A DNA stretch of 64,000 nucleotides from Candidatus Omnitrophota bacterium (lineage in GTDB: Bacteria > Omnitrophota > Omnitrophia > Omnitrophales > JACQLI01): assembly GCA_016179745.1 (NCBI GenBank), contig JACPCP010000014.1:751-64750 (forward strand). The letters run 5' to 3'. Under the pieces are notes generated by a model. It saw only the letters and a list, made by a program, of their open reading frames with translations. It did no database searches and was not told the DNA's origin. The position numbers and the translations under genes were made by a program. Positions 46,699-56,498 of the stretch are shown here, piece by piece (positions within the stretch are counted from its first letter, which is position 1; every line of letters begins with the position of its first letter).

Positions 46699-47090
46699 AG
46701 GATTTTGAGTTGTGATTCGATCCGCTTGAAATCCTTGTCTCCGGTCACAAAAGTCGCCTTTCGTGTGTTGGCAAGAGCGGCGGCGAAGCAGTCGGCGTAA
46801 TGAAGTTTTTCATCCGCTTTGATCCGTGCGGCTTCCCGAGTCAACTCCTTGTCCGCATCCACCACTTCGAGGTGCATTTGGTTCATGAGATGATCAATGG
46901 CATCTCTTTTTTCCTTCCCGTGTCTCCCTTCGATCACGTAAAGGACCTCTCCCCAATTGATCACTGAAATGAGAAGGTCTTTTTCTTCCTCAGCCGCTTC
47001 CTTTAAAAGCCGGGTCACCTGATCGCAACCGGCTTCTTTTTCGAAATAAGCAAGAAGGGCCCAGCTGTCCAAGACTTTAACGCTTCTCAA
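46686..47090 (-). CDS. vapC: PIN-domain toxin VapC
   Basis: 134 aa; PIN-like acidic residues (VLDSWALLAY..., ...VTGDKDF); 14-nt overlap with the upstream antitoxin gene. Confidence 0.8.
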   Translation of the reverse strand: MRSVKVLDSWALLAYFEKEAGCDQVTRLLKEAAEEEKDLLISVINWGEVLYVIEGRHGKEKRDAIDHLMNQMHLEVVDADKELTREAARIKADEKLHYADCFAAALANTRKATFVTGDKDFKRIESQLKILWLR

Positions 47091-47328
47091 TTTCTCGCTC
47101 CTCGCGTTCCCTGTCTTCCCGCCGGGACTTTTCCAAAGCCTTCACCAGCCCGCTTCCTTTCAGAATTCCACACGTCTTGTCATAAAACTCGGGCGTCGCC
47201 GGGTGGAGAACAATATCACCGCTTTTTTCCTCAAGAAAAATTCGGGTCCCTTCCTTCATTCCCACCTTTTTCCTGAGCTTGACGGGAATGACAATCTGTC
47301 CTTTTCTCTTCATCACTGTTTTTTCCAT
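47077..47328 (-). CDS. vapB: AbrB/SpoVT-family antitoxin VapB
   Basis: 83 aa; swapped-hairpin motif KGQIVIPVKLRKKVGMKEGTRIFLE; AT-rich promoter region at 47329-47423. Confidence 0.8.
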   Translation of the reverse strand: MEKTVMKRKGQIVIPVKLRKKVGMKEGTRIFLEEKSGDIVLHPATPEFYDKTCGILKGSGLVKALEKSRREDREREEREIEKR

Positions 47329-47423
47329 AGACCAATGTCCACCTTTCGAATATAAGTATAACTAACTACTATAGGTATGTCAAAAATTAAATTTCCTACT
47401 TTTATACTAATGTTGAACTCGCC

Positions 47424-48811
47424 CTAGAGGGCACTTGCTTCAATGAGGGCTTCGCAAAGGGCCTCGCCTTTGGCAAGGGTTTCCTCATATTCCCGCCCGG
47501 GGTCGGAATCGGCCACGATGCCGGCCCCGACCTGAAGGGTGCCTTGGGTTCCCTTTAAAACGAGGGTCCGAATCACAATGTTGAGTTCCAGATCGCCGTC
47601 AAAGCCGATGTAACCGAGAGAGCCTGTATAAACTCCCCGCCGGACCGGCTCCAATTCATCGATGATCTCCATCGAACGAAGCTTGGGGCAGCCCGTGATC
47701 GTCCCTCCGGGGAACATGGCCCGGATCACATCAAAGGCGTCCCGGTCGGGGCGGAGGCAGCCTGTGATTTCAGAAACCAGGTGTTGGACCCGGGCATATT
47801 TTTCGACCCGCATAAAATCCTTCACCCGGACCGAGCGCCATTCCGAGACCCGGCCCAAATCATTCCGCTCGAGGTCCACCAGCATCAGATGCTCCGCCCG
47901 TTCTTTTTCATTCCTGAGAAGCTCCCTTGTCAAACGCCGGGTCTCGGAACCCGTCCGCCCGCTCGGCCGGGTGCCTGCAATGGGACGGGTCACGAGCTGC
48001 CTCCCCTTCTTCGCCACGAGGAGCTCCGGTGAGGAACTGGCGATAAATTGGTCTCCCATTTTCAGAACAGAACAAAAGGGCGACGGGTTGGTCCGGCGCA
48101 AAGCGCCGTAAAGCCGGAGCGGGGAACCTTGAAAGGAAAAGGGGAAGCGCTGGGAAAGATTCGCCTGATAAATGTCGCCCGCTCGAATGTAATCTTTGGC
48201 CCGGTGAACCATTTTTTCAAAGGCGGATTTTGAAATCTCAGGGCGAAACCCGAGGAACCCAAAATGCCCGTTCCGGGTCTCGGGGTCCGGGAGGAAAAAG
48301 AGACTTTTTAACGCCTCTATTTTTTCTTCGGCCTCTCGAAAGGCCCGGTCAAAGGAAACCCCGTTTGGTCCGGAGACGGGGGGTCTTTCTTTTTTCGAAA
48401 GGAGATCCGGTCAAACTCCCGGGCGAGTTCATAGCCCCAATAACCGACGGCCCCTCCCGTGAAAAAATCACACGAGAAACCGGGCGGCGTCTTCACGGCG
48501 GATAAAAGCCTTCTGAGTTCCAGGAGCAAATCAGGGTTCCTTTGGACCCGGTTGATTTCCCCCTCCAGCCGAAGCCGGTCCGCCTCAAACAAAACCTTCT
48601 GCGTCGGATGGAAGCCGAGGTAAGAATAGGATTGCGAAGGAGGGCGGTATTCGAGACTGTCGAGGAAAAAACTGTCCTGCGAGCCGGCACTCCCACGCTT
48701 GTAAAGCTCCCACGGGTTGAGCGGGCTCTGGAAGGAACGAATGAGAGGAATGGAAAAGCCGGATTTGTAAAAGGAACGAAGTTCTTTGGTGGAGATGCGG
48801 GCGGGATTCAT
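47424..48811 (-). pseudogene. pabB: Aminodeoxychorismate (or anthranilate) synthase component I, split by a 1-nt frameshift in a homopolymer region
   Basis: The N-terminal part (48811-48317) and the C-terminal chorismate-binding part (PGGTITGCPK, GSLGYIGFDG) lie in different frames. The downstream frame is open from 48410 and reads homolog-like sequence (VSFDRAFREAEEKIEAL...KDYIRAGDIYQ). The switch point is at the G6 run 48378-48383 or the adjacent T-run. Confidence 0.8.
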
Positions 48812-48859
48812 GTCATGCGTAACGGGCCGTAGAGGCGACGCATGCGTCGCCCCTACATT

Positions 48860-49804
48860 TCAAGCGGTTTTTTCGATGGTTTTCAGATATTTCAGAAAAT
48901 CGCTATCGGTCGACAAAACGAGCCGGCTCCCCTTCAGGCCCTCCCGATACGATTCGAGCGTATTGAGAAAGGTGTAAAACTCCGGGTCCTTCGAGTAGGC
49001 CGACGCATAAATTGCCGTGGCCTCGGCATCGGCCTTTCCTTTTAATTCCTGAGCCGTCCGGTAGGCCTCGGAATAAATCCGTTTGAGCTCCCGCTCCTTT
49101 TGCCCTTCAATCTCCATCCGGAAGGCCTGGCCCTCAGAGCGCAATTTCTCAGCCGCCCGTTTGCGCTCGGAAATCATCCGCTCAAAGACCCGCCGCTGAA
49201 CGGACTCAATGTAATTAATGCGTTTGATCCTCACATCGACCAGTTCGATCCCGTAATCGGCGACAATCTTCCGGGCCTGTTCCAAAATTTTCCGGGTAAT
49301 GGCGTCCCGGCCAACCTCCGTCCTCTCAAACGTCTCCTCGGCGCTGATGTCCTCCTCCCGGGCCTCGACTTCGAGGATCCGGTTCGAGGTGCGGACAATC
49401 TCGGGAGCCTCATAACGGGTCACGTGGTCCCGGGTAATGCCGTCAATGATATCATCCAAACGGGATTGGGCATTGGCCTCGTGACGCATCGTCTGAAGAA
49501 ATTTCAAGGGGTCCGAAATCCGCCAGCGGGCCGTCACGTCCACCCAGATGAATTTTTTGTCCTTCGTCGGAATTTCGGACGGATAGCCGTCCCACTCAAG
49601 GATCCGCTTGTCGAAATAGTGCACTGCCTGAATGAAGGGTGTCTTCCAATGGAGGCCCGCCTTTTGGATGGGCCCGCCCACGGGTTGGCCAAACTGGGTA
49701 ATGACGGCGTGCTGGGTTTCCGAGACGGTGTAGGCGCTGTTTAAAAGGAGAAACCCGCCGAGCGCTGTCACCAGAATAAGGAGAGGGGTAAGAATGCCTT
49801 TCAT
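48860..49804 (-). CDS. hflC: SPFH/band-7 protein HflC
   Basis: Start at ATG 49804 (MKGILTPLLILV...) in an ATGA overlap with the hflK stop. The first 97 codons of the track ORF are an over-extension inside hflK. Confidence 0.88.
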   Translation of the reverse strand: MKGILTPLLILVTALGGFLLLNSAYTVSETQHAVITQFGQPVGGPIQKAGLHWKTPFIQAVHYFDKRILEWDGYPSEIPTKDKKFIWVDVTARWRISDPLKFLQTMRHEANAQSRLDDIIDGITRDHVTRYEAPEIVRTSNRILEVEAREEDISAEETFERTEVGRDAITRKILEQARKIVADYGIELVDVRIKRINYIESVQRRVFERMISERKRAAEKLRSEGQAFRMEIEGQKERELKRIYSEAYRTAQELKGKADAEATAIYASAYSKDPEFYTFLNTLESYREGLKGSRLVLSTDSDFLKYLKTIEKTA

Positions 49805-50865
49805 GCGGCCTCCTTTTTCCTCTCCGAAAGATTCAGGAAGGGCAGGATCCCTTTTTGAGATTCGTCGATCAAAATTTTCTCCTTCAGGCCGGGGAGAACC
49901 TCCCTCAAAGTTTCCAAATAAAGCCTGCGCCTCGTCACCTCGGGCGCCTGGCGGTAAGCCTCCCAAACCAGATTGAATTTGTCCGCATCGCCCTTGGCCC
50001 GGTTGACCCGGTCCAGGGAGTAGCCCTCGGCCTGGCGAATCACCTGCTCCGCCTCCCCCTTTGCCTTGGGAACGGAGCGGTTGTAATTCTCCCACGCCTG
50101 GTTGATGGATTTTTCCTTCTCCTGCCGGGCTTCGTTCACTTCATTAAAGGAGGGTTTGACCTCGTCGGGCGGGTTCACGTCCTGGAGAACGACGTTTAAG
50201 ATTTCGATGCCGGCGCCGTAACTGTCGAGCACCTTCTGCAATTCGGTTTCAACCTGTTTCCGGAGTTCTTCCCGGCCTGAGGTCAGGACTTCGTTAAGGG
50301 TGTAATCGCCCACCACCAGGCGCATCACGGCCTCCGTCATATTGCGGATCGTCTCCCGGGCATTCCGGATCCGGAAGGCAAACTGGACCGGGTCCTTCAC
50401 CCGATACTGGACAATCCATTCCACGACCGCCGTGTTGAGGTCGCCGGTAAGCATCAACGATTCGTCGAGGAAGGGGTTTTCATCGCTTCCCCAGCGGCCT
50501 CCCCGCTGGCGCCGGTCCGACCCGGTAGGAGATTCAAAGGAGGCGGTCCCGCCCTCCCGGCCTTCGTAAATCGACCGCACGCCGGCCTGAACGGTCCGAA
50601 AGCCGAACTCCTCTTTGAAGACGTGGGTGACTTTGATTTTTCGGACGGTCTCAACCCCAAAAGGAAATTTGAGGCGCAGTCCGGGGGGTGTCGTCCTGAC
50701 ATAACGGCCGAACTGCTGGACCACGCCCATTTCGTCGGGATCGACCTGATAAAAGAGCGTGGTGACGGCTGAGAAGGCCAGGATCAAAATGACAAGCGGG
50801 ACAATCGCAGGGCGAAAATTGGGAACATTGCCGAGAGGCGTGCCGCCGGGGAGATTAATTTCCAT
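49801..50865 (-). CDS. hflK: SPFH/band-7 protein HflK
   Basis: 354 aa; N-terminal TM helix then the SPFH domain (VDPDEMGVVQQFGRY...). Confidence 0.88.
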   Translation of the reverse strand: MEINLPGGTPLGNVPNFRPAIVPLVILILAFSAVTTLFYQVDPDEMGVVQQFGRYVRTTPPGLRLKFPFGVETVRKIKVTHVFKEEFGFRTVQAGVRSIYEGREGGTASFESPTGSDRRQRGGRWGSDENPFLDESLMLTGDLNTAVVEWIVQYRVKDPVQFAFRIRNARETIRNMTEAVMRLVVGDYTLNEVLTSGREELRKQVETELQKVLDSYGAGIEILNVVLQDVNPPDEVKPSFNEVNEARQEKEKSINQAWENYNRSVPKAKGEAEQVIRQAEGYSLDRVNRAKGDADKFNLVWEAYRQAPEVTRRRLYLETLREVLPGLKEKILIDESQKGILPFLNLSERKKEAA

Positions 50866-50937
50866 AATTTGTTTTCCTAGAAAACGGTTTCATCATAACC
50901 CACCCCGGCCCTGAAAGGGAAGCTTAAAATTCCGGTC

Positions 50938-52227
50938 TCACTCTTGGGCGTAAAAGAAAAGCCCGTCCGCCAGTTTGGGATAAAAATAGGTCGTCTTCTG
51001 GGGCATCTTCTCGCCCGCCTCCGCCAATTGGTGGACCTCCCGGACCTCGGGGGGGCGAAGAAGAAAAGCCGCCTCCGCCGCCTCCCTCTGGACCCTTTCG
51101 AGGGCCTCCCCGGAGGCGTGGGTATATTCGATGAGGCTTTGGCGCTCCGACTCCGGAAGACCCCACAGGACATCAAAAATAAAGTAGTTCAAAAGATTGG
51201 CCTCCACCTCATACCAAAGCGAAGGTTTCCCCCCGGGCAAAAACTTCCGGATGGAATCAAGGGACTTCAACCGGAGAAGAAAATTTTCCTTTCCGGCGAA
51301 GGCGGCGCCAAAAACTTTTTCTGATTTGGGCCTTCGTTCCACCTCGGCCGCCAACTTCTCCGGGGCGCAGGGGATACAATCGAAATGTTTCCTGAGACGT
51401 TCCAAAAATTCCTCTTTTGAAGAGGGGCCGAGCGAACTGAGCACCCGGTGTGTCGGGAGCATCACAAGACCCGGGTCCTCAAAAGCCACGAGCGCCGTCA
51501 GGACAAAATCGAAGGGGGCGTCCTGAGGGGTCTTGGGAAATTTTTTTCGCAGCGCATTCCGGTATTCCAGACTGGTTTCATAACGGTGGTGGCCGTCGGC
51601 AATCAAAATCCGGTTCTGGGCGATCAGGGCTTGAATTTTTTTCTGATCGCTCTCCCCTTCAATCGCCCATCCCCGGTGAAGCGTTCCGTCTTCTTCCGAG
51701 GCTTCAAAGAGAGGGGGTTTTCCTTTTAAGGCCCCGGCCACAGAGGCAAGCGCCTTTTGGGAATCCGGGAAGAGTCCAAAGATGGGAGAGAGATTCGCCC
51801 GGGTTTTTTCCAGGAGAAGGGTGCGGTCCTGCTTGGGGCCTCGGAAGGTCGCTTCGTGGCGAAGCACGGCGCTGGAATTCTCAAGTTTCAAGATGCCAAC
51901 CACGGCCGTGCGCCTTAAAAGCCGGCCGTCGGCCGGGCGTTTGAATGTTTGCTCGTAGAGGTAAAAAGCGGGACGCTTTGCCTGAACCAGAATCCCCTGT
52001 TCACGCCATTCCTTCCAGCGACGGGCGGCCTCGTCGTAAAAGTTGGCTTCCCGCCCCAGCGTGAGGCGGACAACATTATAGGGAGACCTTTGATAGAGCG
52101 CATTCTGTTCCGGAGAAGAGATAATGTCGTAAGGGGGAGCAATCAGCCGGCTGAGTTCCTCCCGCCGGGGCTCATAGCGCCACTCCCGAAAGGGACGAAA
52201 ATCGGGTTGGTCTTGAACTTTTGTCAT
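50938..52227 (-). CDS. DUF1015-family protein
   Basis: About 429 aa from ATG 52227 (MTKVQDQPDFRPFREWRY); SPYNVVRL and ADGHHRYET motifs typical of DUF1015. Confidence 0.8.
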   Translation of the reverse strand: MTKVQDQPDFRPFREWRYEPRREELSRLIAPPYDIISSPEQNALYQRSPYNVVRLTLGREANFYDEAARRWKEWREQGILVQAKRPAFYLYEQTFKRPADGRLLRRTAVVGILKLENSSAVLRHEATFRGPKQDRTLLLEKTRANLSPIFGLFPDSQKALASVAGALKGKPPLFEASEEDGTLHRGWAIEGESDQKKIQALIAQNRILIADGHHRYETSLEYRNALRKKFPKTPQDAPFDFVLTALVAFEDPGLVMLPTHRVLSSLGPSSKEEFLERLRKHFDCIPCAPEKLAAEVERRPKSEKVFGAAFAGKENFLLRLKSLDSIRKFLPGGKPSLWYEVEANLLNYFIFDVLWGLPESERQSLIEYTHASGEALERVQREAAEAAFLLRPPEVREVHQLAEAGEKMPQKTTYFYPKLADGLFFYAQE

Positions 52228-52636
52228 GTTAAAATGCCTTTCCATGTCGGTCACCACGCAAAAAAGAATCAAACACCTGGCCCGTTATTTCGGGATCCTG
52301 GGGACCCTCTGTCTCCTGGGTTACGGCACCGGGCTGGCCCCTCTTTTCCTTTTTTTCGTCGGGCCGCCCATCCTCTTGTCTTTTTGGCTCCGCACCAGCG
52401 CACCTTTCCTCGTCAGTTGGATCCCCAACAATCCCTTCTTTAATAATGTTCTCCTCCTTTATCCGGTCACCTTGATCTACTTTGGGCTGGCGGGGTTTCA
52501 GTTGAAAAATATCTTGAATGAGCGGGGCCGGGTCCGGTTTTTGATTCTAACCGCCTTTGTCGGCTTTCTTTTTTATATTCACCGCCAAGCCGCTCAAGAG
52601 CTCTTCCTTTATTGGGACGGGAGTAAACGGCTGTAG
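52226..52636 (+). CDS. Small polytopic membrane protein (hypothetical)
   Basis: Four hydrophobic helices; the only plausible ORF in an otherwise empty 400-bp gap. The start is at 52226 or at ATG 52244. Confidence 0.5.
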   Translation: MLKCLSMSVTTQKRIKHLARYFGILGTLCLLGYGTGLAPLFLFFVGPPILLSFWLRTSAPFLVSWIPNNPFFNNVLLLYPVTLIYFGLAGFQLKNILNERGRVRFLILTAFVGFLFYIHRQAAQELFLYWDGSKRL

Positions 52637-52672
52637 GAGGGGCGGCCCGGCGAGTCGCCCTTACGACCACGG

Positions 52673-52993
52673 CTACTTTACTTTCGCTCCGCCTGAGATT
52701 TCCCGCTCGGGCACAACCAGGGTAAGCGTTTGGTCGTCCGAGGCGGCCAGAATCATCCCTTCTGACGTGACACCCCGGATCACAGCAGGCTCCAGGTTCG
52801 TCACGGCCACCACCTTCTTCCCCACCAGTTCGGCTTCCGTATAATGGGCCCGGATCCCGGCCACGACCGTGCGCTCCTCTTCTCCGATCCGGATCCGGAG
52901 CACGAGGAGCTTATCGGCCTGGGGATGGATGGAGGCAGAGATGATTTCAGCCGTCCGCAGTTCGATTTTTTTGAAGTCTTCAATCGTAATCAT
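52673..52993 (-). CDS. tRNA-binding (EMAP/CsaA/MetRS-C-like) domain protein
   Basis: 106 aa; MITIEDFKKIELRTAEIISASIHPQADKLLVL...VTNLEPAVIRGVTSEGMILA, typical of the OB-fold tRNA-binding domain. Confidence 0.82.
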   Translation of the reverse strand: MITIEDFKKIELRTAEIISASIHPQADKLLVLRIRIGEEERTVVAGIRAHYTEAELVGKKVVAVTNLEPAVIRGVTSEGMILAASDDQTLTLVVPEREISGGAKVK

Positions 52994-53074
52994 GCCCGGG
53001 ATTTTAACAGAAAACCCGTTGATAATAAATTACTTACGTCAATTTTGTTCTTCGTTAATTTTTCGGGGTTTGTC

Positions 53075-53102
53075 TTGATTTTGACGGCGAGGGTGTTATA
53101 AT
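53075..53102 (+). promoter_or_regulatory. Candidate extended -10 promoter of the inositol gene pair
   Basis: TTGATT (53075-53080), 16 nt, TGtTATAAT (53094-53102), about 50 nt upstream of ATG 53155. Confidence 0.45.
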
Positions 53103-53154
53103 CGGCCGTCGTGTCATTCAAAATTAATCCTGTTCATCCAGAAAATTTCATCTG

Positions 53155-54258
53155 ATGAGTAAAATCCGAATTGCCATCGCAGGGGTCGGCAACTGCTGCG
53201 CCTCCCTCATCCAGGGACTCGAATACTACCGCCAGAACACGAAGGCCCGCCAGGAAGAGCACCTTGGCCTGATGAATTACGACCTCGGGGGCTACATCCC
53301 CGAGGATATCGAGGTGGTCGCCGCCTTCGACATGGATAAACGCAAGGTGGGTTACCGGTTCGACGAGGCCCTCAATGCCAAGCCGAACTGCGTCATGGTT
53401 CTCTGGAACCACCTCCCCAAAAGCAAGGTCACAGTGCAAATGGGGCCCATCCTGGACGGCTTCTCGGAACACATGAAGGAATATCCGGCCGACCGCACGT
53501 TTCTCCCTTCCGACCGGAAACCCGTCAATGTCGAGAAGGTCCTGAAGGACAGCGGCGCCGAAATCCTCTTGAATTACCTCCCTGTCGGCTCGGAACTGGC
53601 CACCCAGCACTACGCCGAGGCCTGCCTCAAAACCGGTATCAGCTTCATCAACTGCATGCCGGTCTTCATCGTCTCGGACCCCAAGTGGGCCAAGCAGTTC
53701 GAGGACAGGCGGATCCCGGTGATCGGCGACGACATCAAGGCCCAGATCGGCGCCACGATCACCCATCGCACCCTCGCCAAACTTTTCATGGACCGGGGTG
53801 TCAAAATCGACCGCACGTATCAATTGAACACCGGCGGAAACACCGATTTCCTCAACATGCTCAACCGGGACCGGCTGAAATCCAAAAAAATCTCGAAGAC
53901 CCAGGCCGTGCAAAGCCAGCTGGATGTCCCCCTCGAAGAGGACAATATCCATATCGGTCCTTCGGATTATGTTCCCTGGCAGAATGATCAAAAGGTTTGT
54001 TATCTCCGGATTGAAGGCCGGGGGTTTGCGGGTTTTCCGGTGACGGTGGAACTCCGCCTTTCGGTCGAGGATTCGCCCAACAGCGCCGGATGCGGCATCG
54101 ATGCCATCCGTTGCTGCAAGCTGGCCCGGGACCGGAAAATCGGCGGGCCCTTGATTTCGATCTCGGCCTTCACGATGAAACACCCGCCGAAACAAATCCA
54201 CGACACCGAAGCCCGGGAACTTGTAAAAAAATTCATCCAGGGCACTTGTCCCCGATAA
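53155..54258 (+). CDS. ino1: myo-Inositol-1-phosphate synthase (prokaryotic short type)
   Basis: 367 aa; N-terminus MSKIRIAIAGVGNCCASLIQG and overall sequence typical of bacterial/archaeal MIPS. Confidence 0.85.
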   Translation: MSKIRIAIAGVGNCCASLIQGLEYYRQNTKARQEEHLGLMNYDLGGYIPEDIEVVAAFDMDKRKVGYRFDEALNAKPNCVMVLWNHLPKSKVTVQMGPILDGFSEHMKEYPADRTFLPSDRKPVNVEKVLKDSGAEILLNYLPVGSELATQHYAEACLKTGISFINCMPVFIVSDPKWAKQFEDRRIPVIGDDIKAQIGATITHRTLAKLFMDRGVKIDRTYQLNTGGNTDFLNMLNRDRLKSKKISKTQAVQSQLDVPLEEDNIHIGPSDYVPWQNDQKVCYLRIEGRGFAGFPVTVELRLSVEDSPNSAGCGIDAIRCCKLARDRKIGGPLISISAFTMKHPPKQIHDTEARELVKKFIQGTCPR

Positions 54259-54289
54259 TCTCGATTCCGTCTCTCTCCAGCCTCCTTTA

Positions 54290-54868
54290 ATGCTCCGAAA
54301 TCTTGTCTACACCCGGGTAGAACCGATTTTAACCCGTTCCGCCCAATTCTGCTCCGAGAGAAAACTCTCTCCCAACCAGCTTACCCTGGCGGGGCTCGCC
54401 GTCAATTTTCTAGCCGGCTGGGCCTATAGCGGCGGGCTTTTTATTCTGGGCGGGGTGCTGGTTTTGGCGGCATCGCTGGGGGACCTTCTCGACGGACCTC
54501 TCGCCCGCTTAACCGGCAAGGCCTCCAGGTTCGGCGCCTTCCTCGATTCCACCGTGGACCGTTATTCCGATTTTTTCCTTTTCGGCGGCGTCACCTATTA
54601 CTTCGCCCAGGAAGAATCCTGGGGTTGGTGCCTCGCCGGGCTTGGAATTCTTCTCGGAACCTTTGTCACCAGTTACGCCAAGGCCCGGGCCGAAAGTTTG
54701 ATGGGGTCCTGTCCCGTGGGAATTTTCGAACGGCCCGAGCGGATTTTAATTTTACTCATCGGTTCTTTCATTCCTCCCCTCTTCGGATGGGCTCTGGCGA
54801 TTCTTCTCATCGGGACCCACGTCACGGCACTTCAACGGATCTTTTTCGTCCGGCGGTCTCTCTCCTAA
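54290..54868 (+). CDS. CDP-alcohol phosphatidyltransferase (candidate phosphatidylinositol-phosphate synthase)
   Basis: 192 aa; exact D-G-x2-A-R-x8-G-x3-D-x3-D signature (DGPLARLTGKASRFGAFLDSTVD); multi-TM. Confidence 0.85.
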   Translation: MLRNLVYTRVEPILTRSAQFCSERKLSPNQLTLAGLAVNFLAGWAYSGGLFILGGVLVLAASLGDLLDGPLARLTGKASRFGAFLDSTVDRYSDFFLFGGVTYYFAQEESWGWCLAGLGILLGTFVTSYAKARAESLMGSCPVGIFERPERILILLIGSFIPPLFGWALAILLIGTHVTALQRIFFVRRSLS

Positions 54869-54934
54869 AATTCTCCAAAAAACAGATTTTTTGTTGCACT
54901 CCTGATTGAACTGGGTTATTAATACGCTATCTTC

Positions 54935-56461
54935 ATGACGAAATTCCGGGGCAAACTCCTTATCATCGGCTGCGGTTCCGTCTCGCAGTGCGCCATCCCT
55001 CTCATCCTGAAATTTTTTGACATGCCCGCTGAAAAGATCACGATCATGGATTTTGTCGACAACCGCCACCGGGTGAAAGACGCTCTTGACCGGGGGGTCC
55101 GCTACGTTTTCGACCGGGTCACGAAGGAAAACTACGAAAAACTCCTCGCCTCGTATGCCGGGCCCGGCGATATGATCATCGACCTCGCCTGGAATATCGG
55201 CGGCATTGCGATGGTCGAGTGGTGCCGTGCCCACCAAGTGCTCTACATCAATACCTCGGTTGAAGAGTGGGACCCCTACGGCGATGCCCAGCGGAATGAC
55301 CCCACCAAATACACGCTCTACACGAGGCACATGGAACTCCGAAAGATGATGCAGAACTGGGGCGATAACCAAGGCACGACGGCCGTGGCCGATCACGGGG
55401 CCAATCCGGGCCTGGTCTCGCATTTCACCAAGCAGGCCCTGCTTGAAATCGGCGGGAAAATCCTTCGTGAAAAACCGGGCGACCCACGGCAAAAACAATT
55501 GGAAAAATCCCTCCAGGAAAAAAATTTTCCAAAATTGGCCCAACTCACCGGTGTCAAGGTCATCCACATCAGCGAGCGGGACACTCAAATCACGGACCGG
55601 CCCAAAGAGGTCGATGAATTCGTCAATACCTGGAGCATTGAAGGTTTTTTTGAAGAGGGCGTGGCCCCGGCGGAGCTCGGCTGGGGGACTCACGAGCGTT
55701 ACCTTCCCGAGAATGCCTACGAGCACAAGGTCGGCCCCCGGAATCAAATTTGTCTGAGAACCATCGGAATGAAAACCTGGGTCCGCTCGTGGGTGCCTTG
55801 CGGGGAAATCACCGGCATGGTGATCCGTCACGGCGAGTCCTTTTCGATCTCGGACCGGCTCACCGTGTGGGAGAACGGGAAGGCGGTCTACCGGCCCACG
55901 GTCCACTACGCCTATTGCCCCTGCGATGCCGCCATCAACTCACTGCATGAACTGGAAATGAGGCAATACCATCTCCAGGAAAAACAGCGGATCATGAACG
56001 ATGAGATCACGGACGGACGGGATGAGCTCGGGATTCTCCTCATGGGACACGACTTCACTTCGTGGTGGACCGGGAGCCTCCTCTCGATCCACGACGCCCG
56101 GGAGCACGTCCCGGGACAGCAGGCCACGACCCTTCAGGTGGCGATCTCCCTCGTGGCGGCCGCCCTGTGGATGATCGAAAACCCGAAGCGGGGCTTTTGT
56201 CTGCCGGATGACATCGATCACGAAGCGATTTTGAAAATCAGCATCCCTTACATCAGTCCTTATATTTCCCAGGCGGTCGATTGGACGCCCCTCAAAAACC
56301 TCAATACGAAGTTCACCAAATTCGACATCCCGGCCCCCCAACCGGAAGATGTCTGGCAGTTCACCACGTTTCTGGTCGATCACGCAGAGAGGATCCGGGC
56401 AAATGCCGTCAACGCTCCTCAAAAAACAAAGACCCTTCACACCGAAGCTCTTAAAGTCTAA
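54935..56461 (+). CDS. hss: Homospermidine synthase (bacterial HSS, saccharopine-dehydrogenase-like)
   Basis: 508 aa; Rossmann N-terminus LLIIGCGSVSQCAIPLILKFF and downstream blocks resembling bacterial HSS. Confidence 0.75.
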   Translation: MTKFRGKLLIIGCGSVSQCAIPLILKFFDMPAEKITIMDFVDNRHRVKDALDRGVRYVFDRVTKENYEKLLASYAGPGDMIIDLAWNIGGIAMVEWCRAHQVLYINTSVEEWDPYGDAQRNDPTKYTLYTRHMELRKMMQNWGDNQGTTAVADHGANPGLVSHFTKQALLEIGGKILREKPGDPRQKQLEKSLQEKNFPKLAQLTGVKVIHISERDTQITDRPKEVDEFVNTWSIEGFFEEGVAPAELGWGTHERYLPENAYEHKVGPRNQICLRTIGMKTWVRSWVPCGEITGMVIRHGESFSISDRLTVWENGKAVYRPTVHYAYCPCDAAINSLHELEMRQYHLQEKQRIMNDEITDGRDELGILLMGHDFTSWWTGSLLSIHDAREHVPGQQATTLQVAISLVAAALWMIENPKRGFCLPDDIDHEAILKISIPYISPYISQAVDWTPLKNLNTKFTKFDIPAPQPEDVWQFTTFLVDHAERIRANAVNAPQKTKTLHTEALKV

Positions 56462-56498
56462 GGTCGAGCTCCCGGGCGTCGAAAACCTGATCCGTGCG

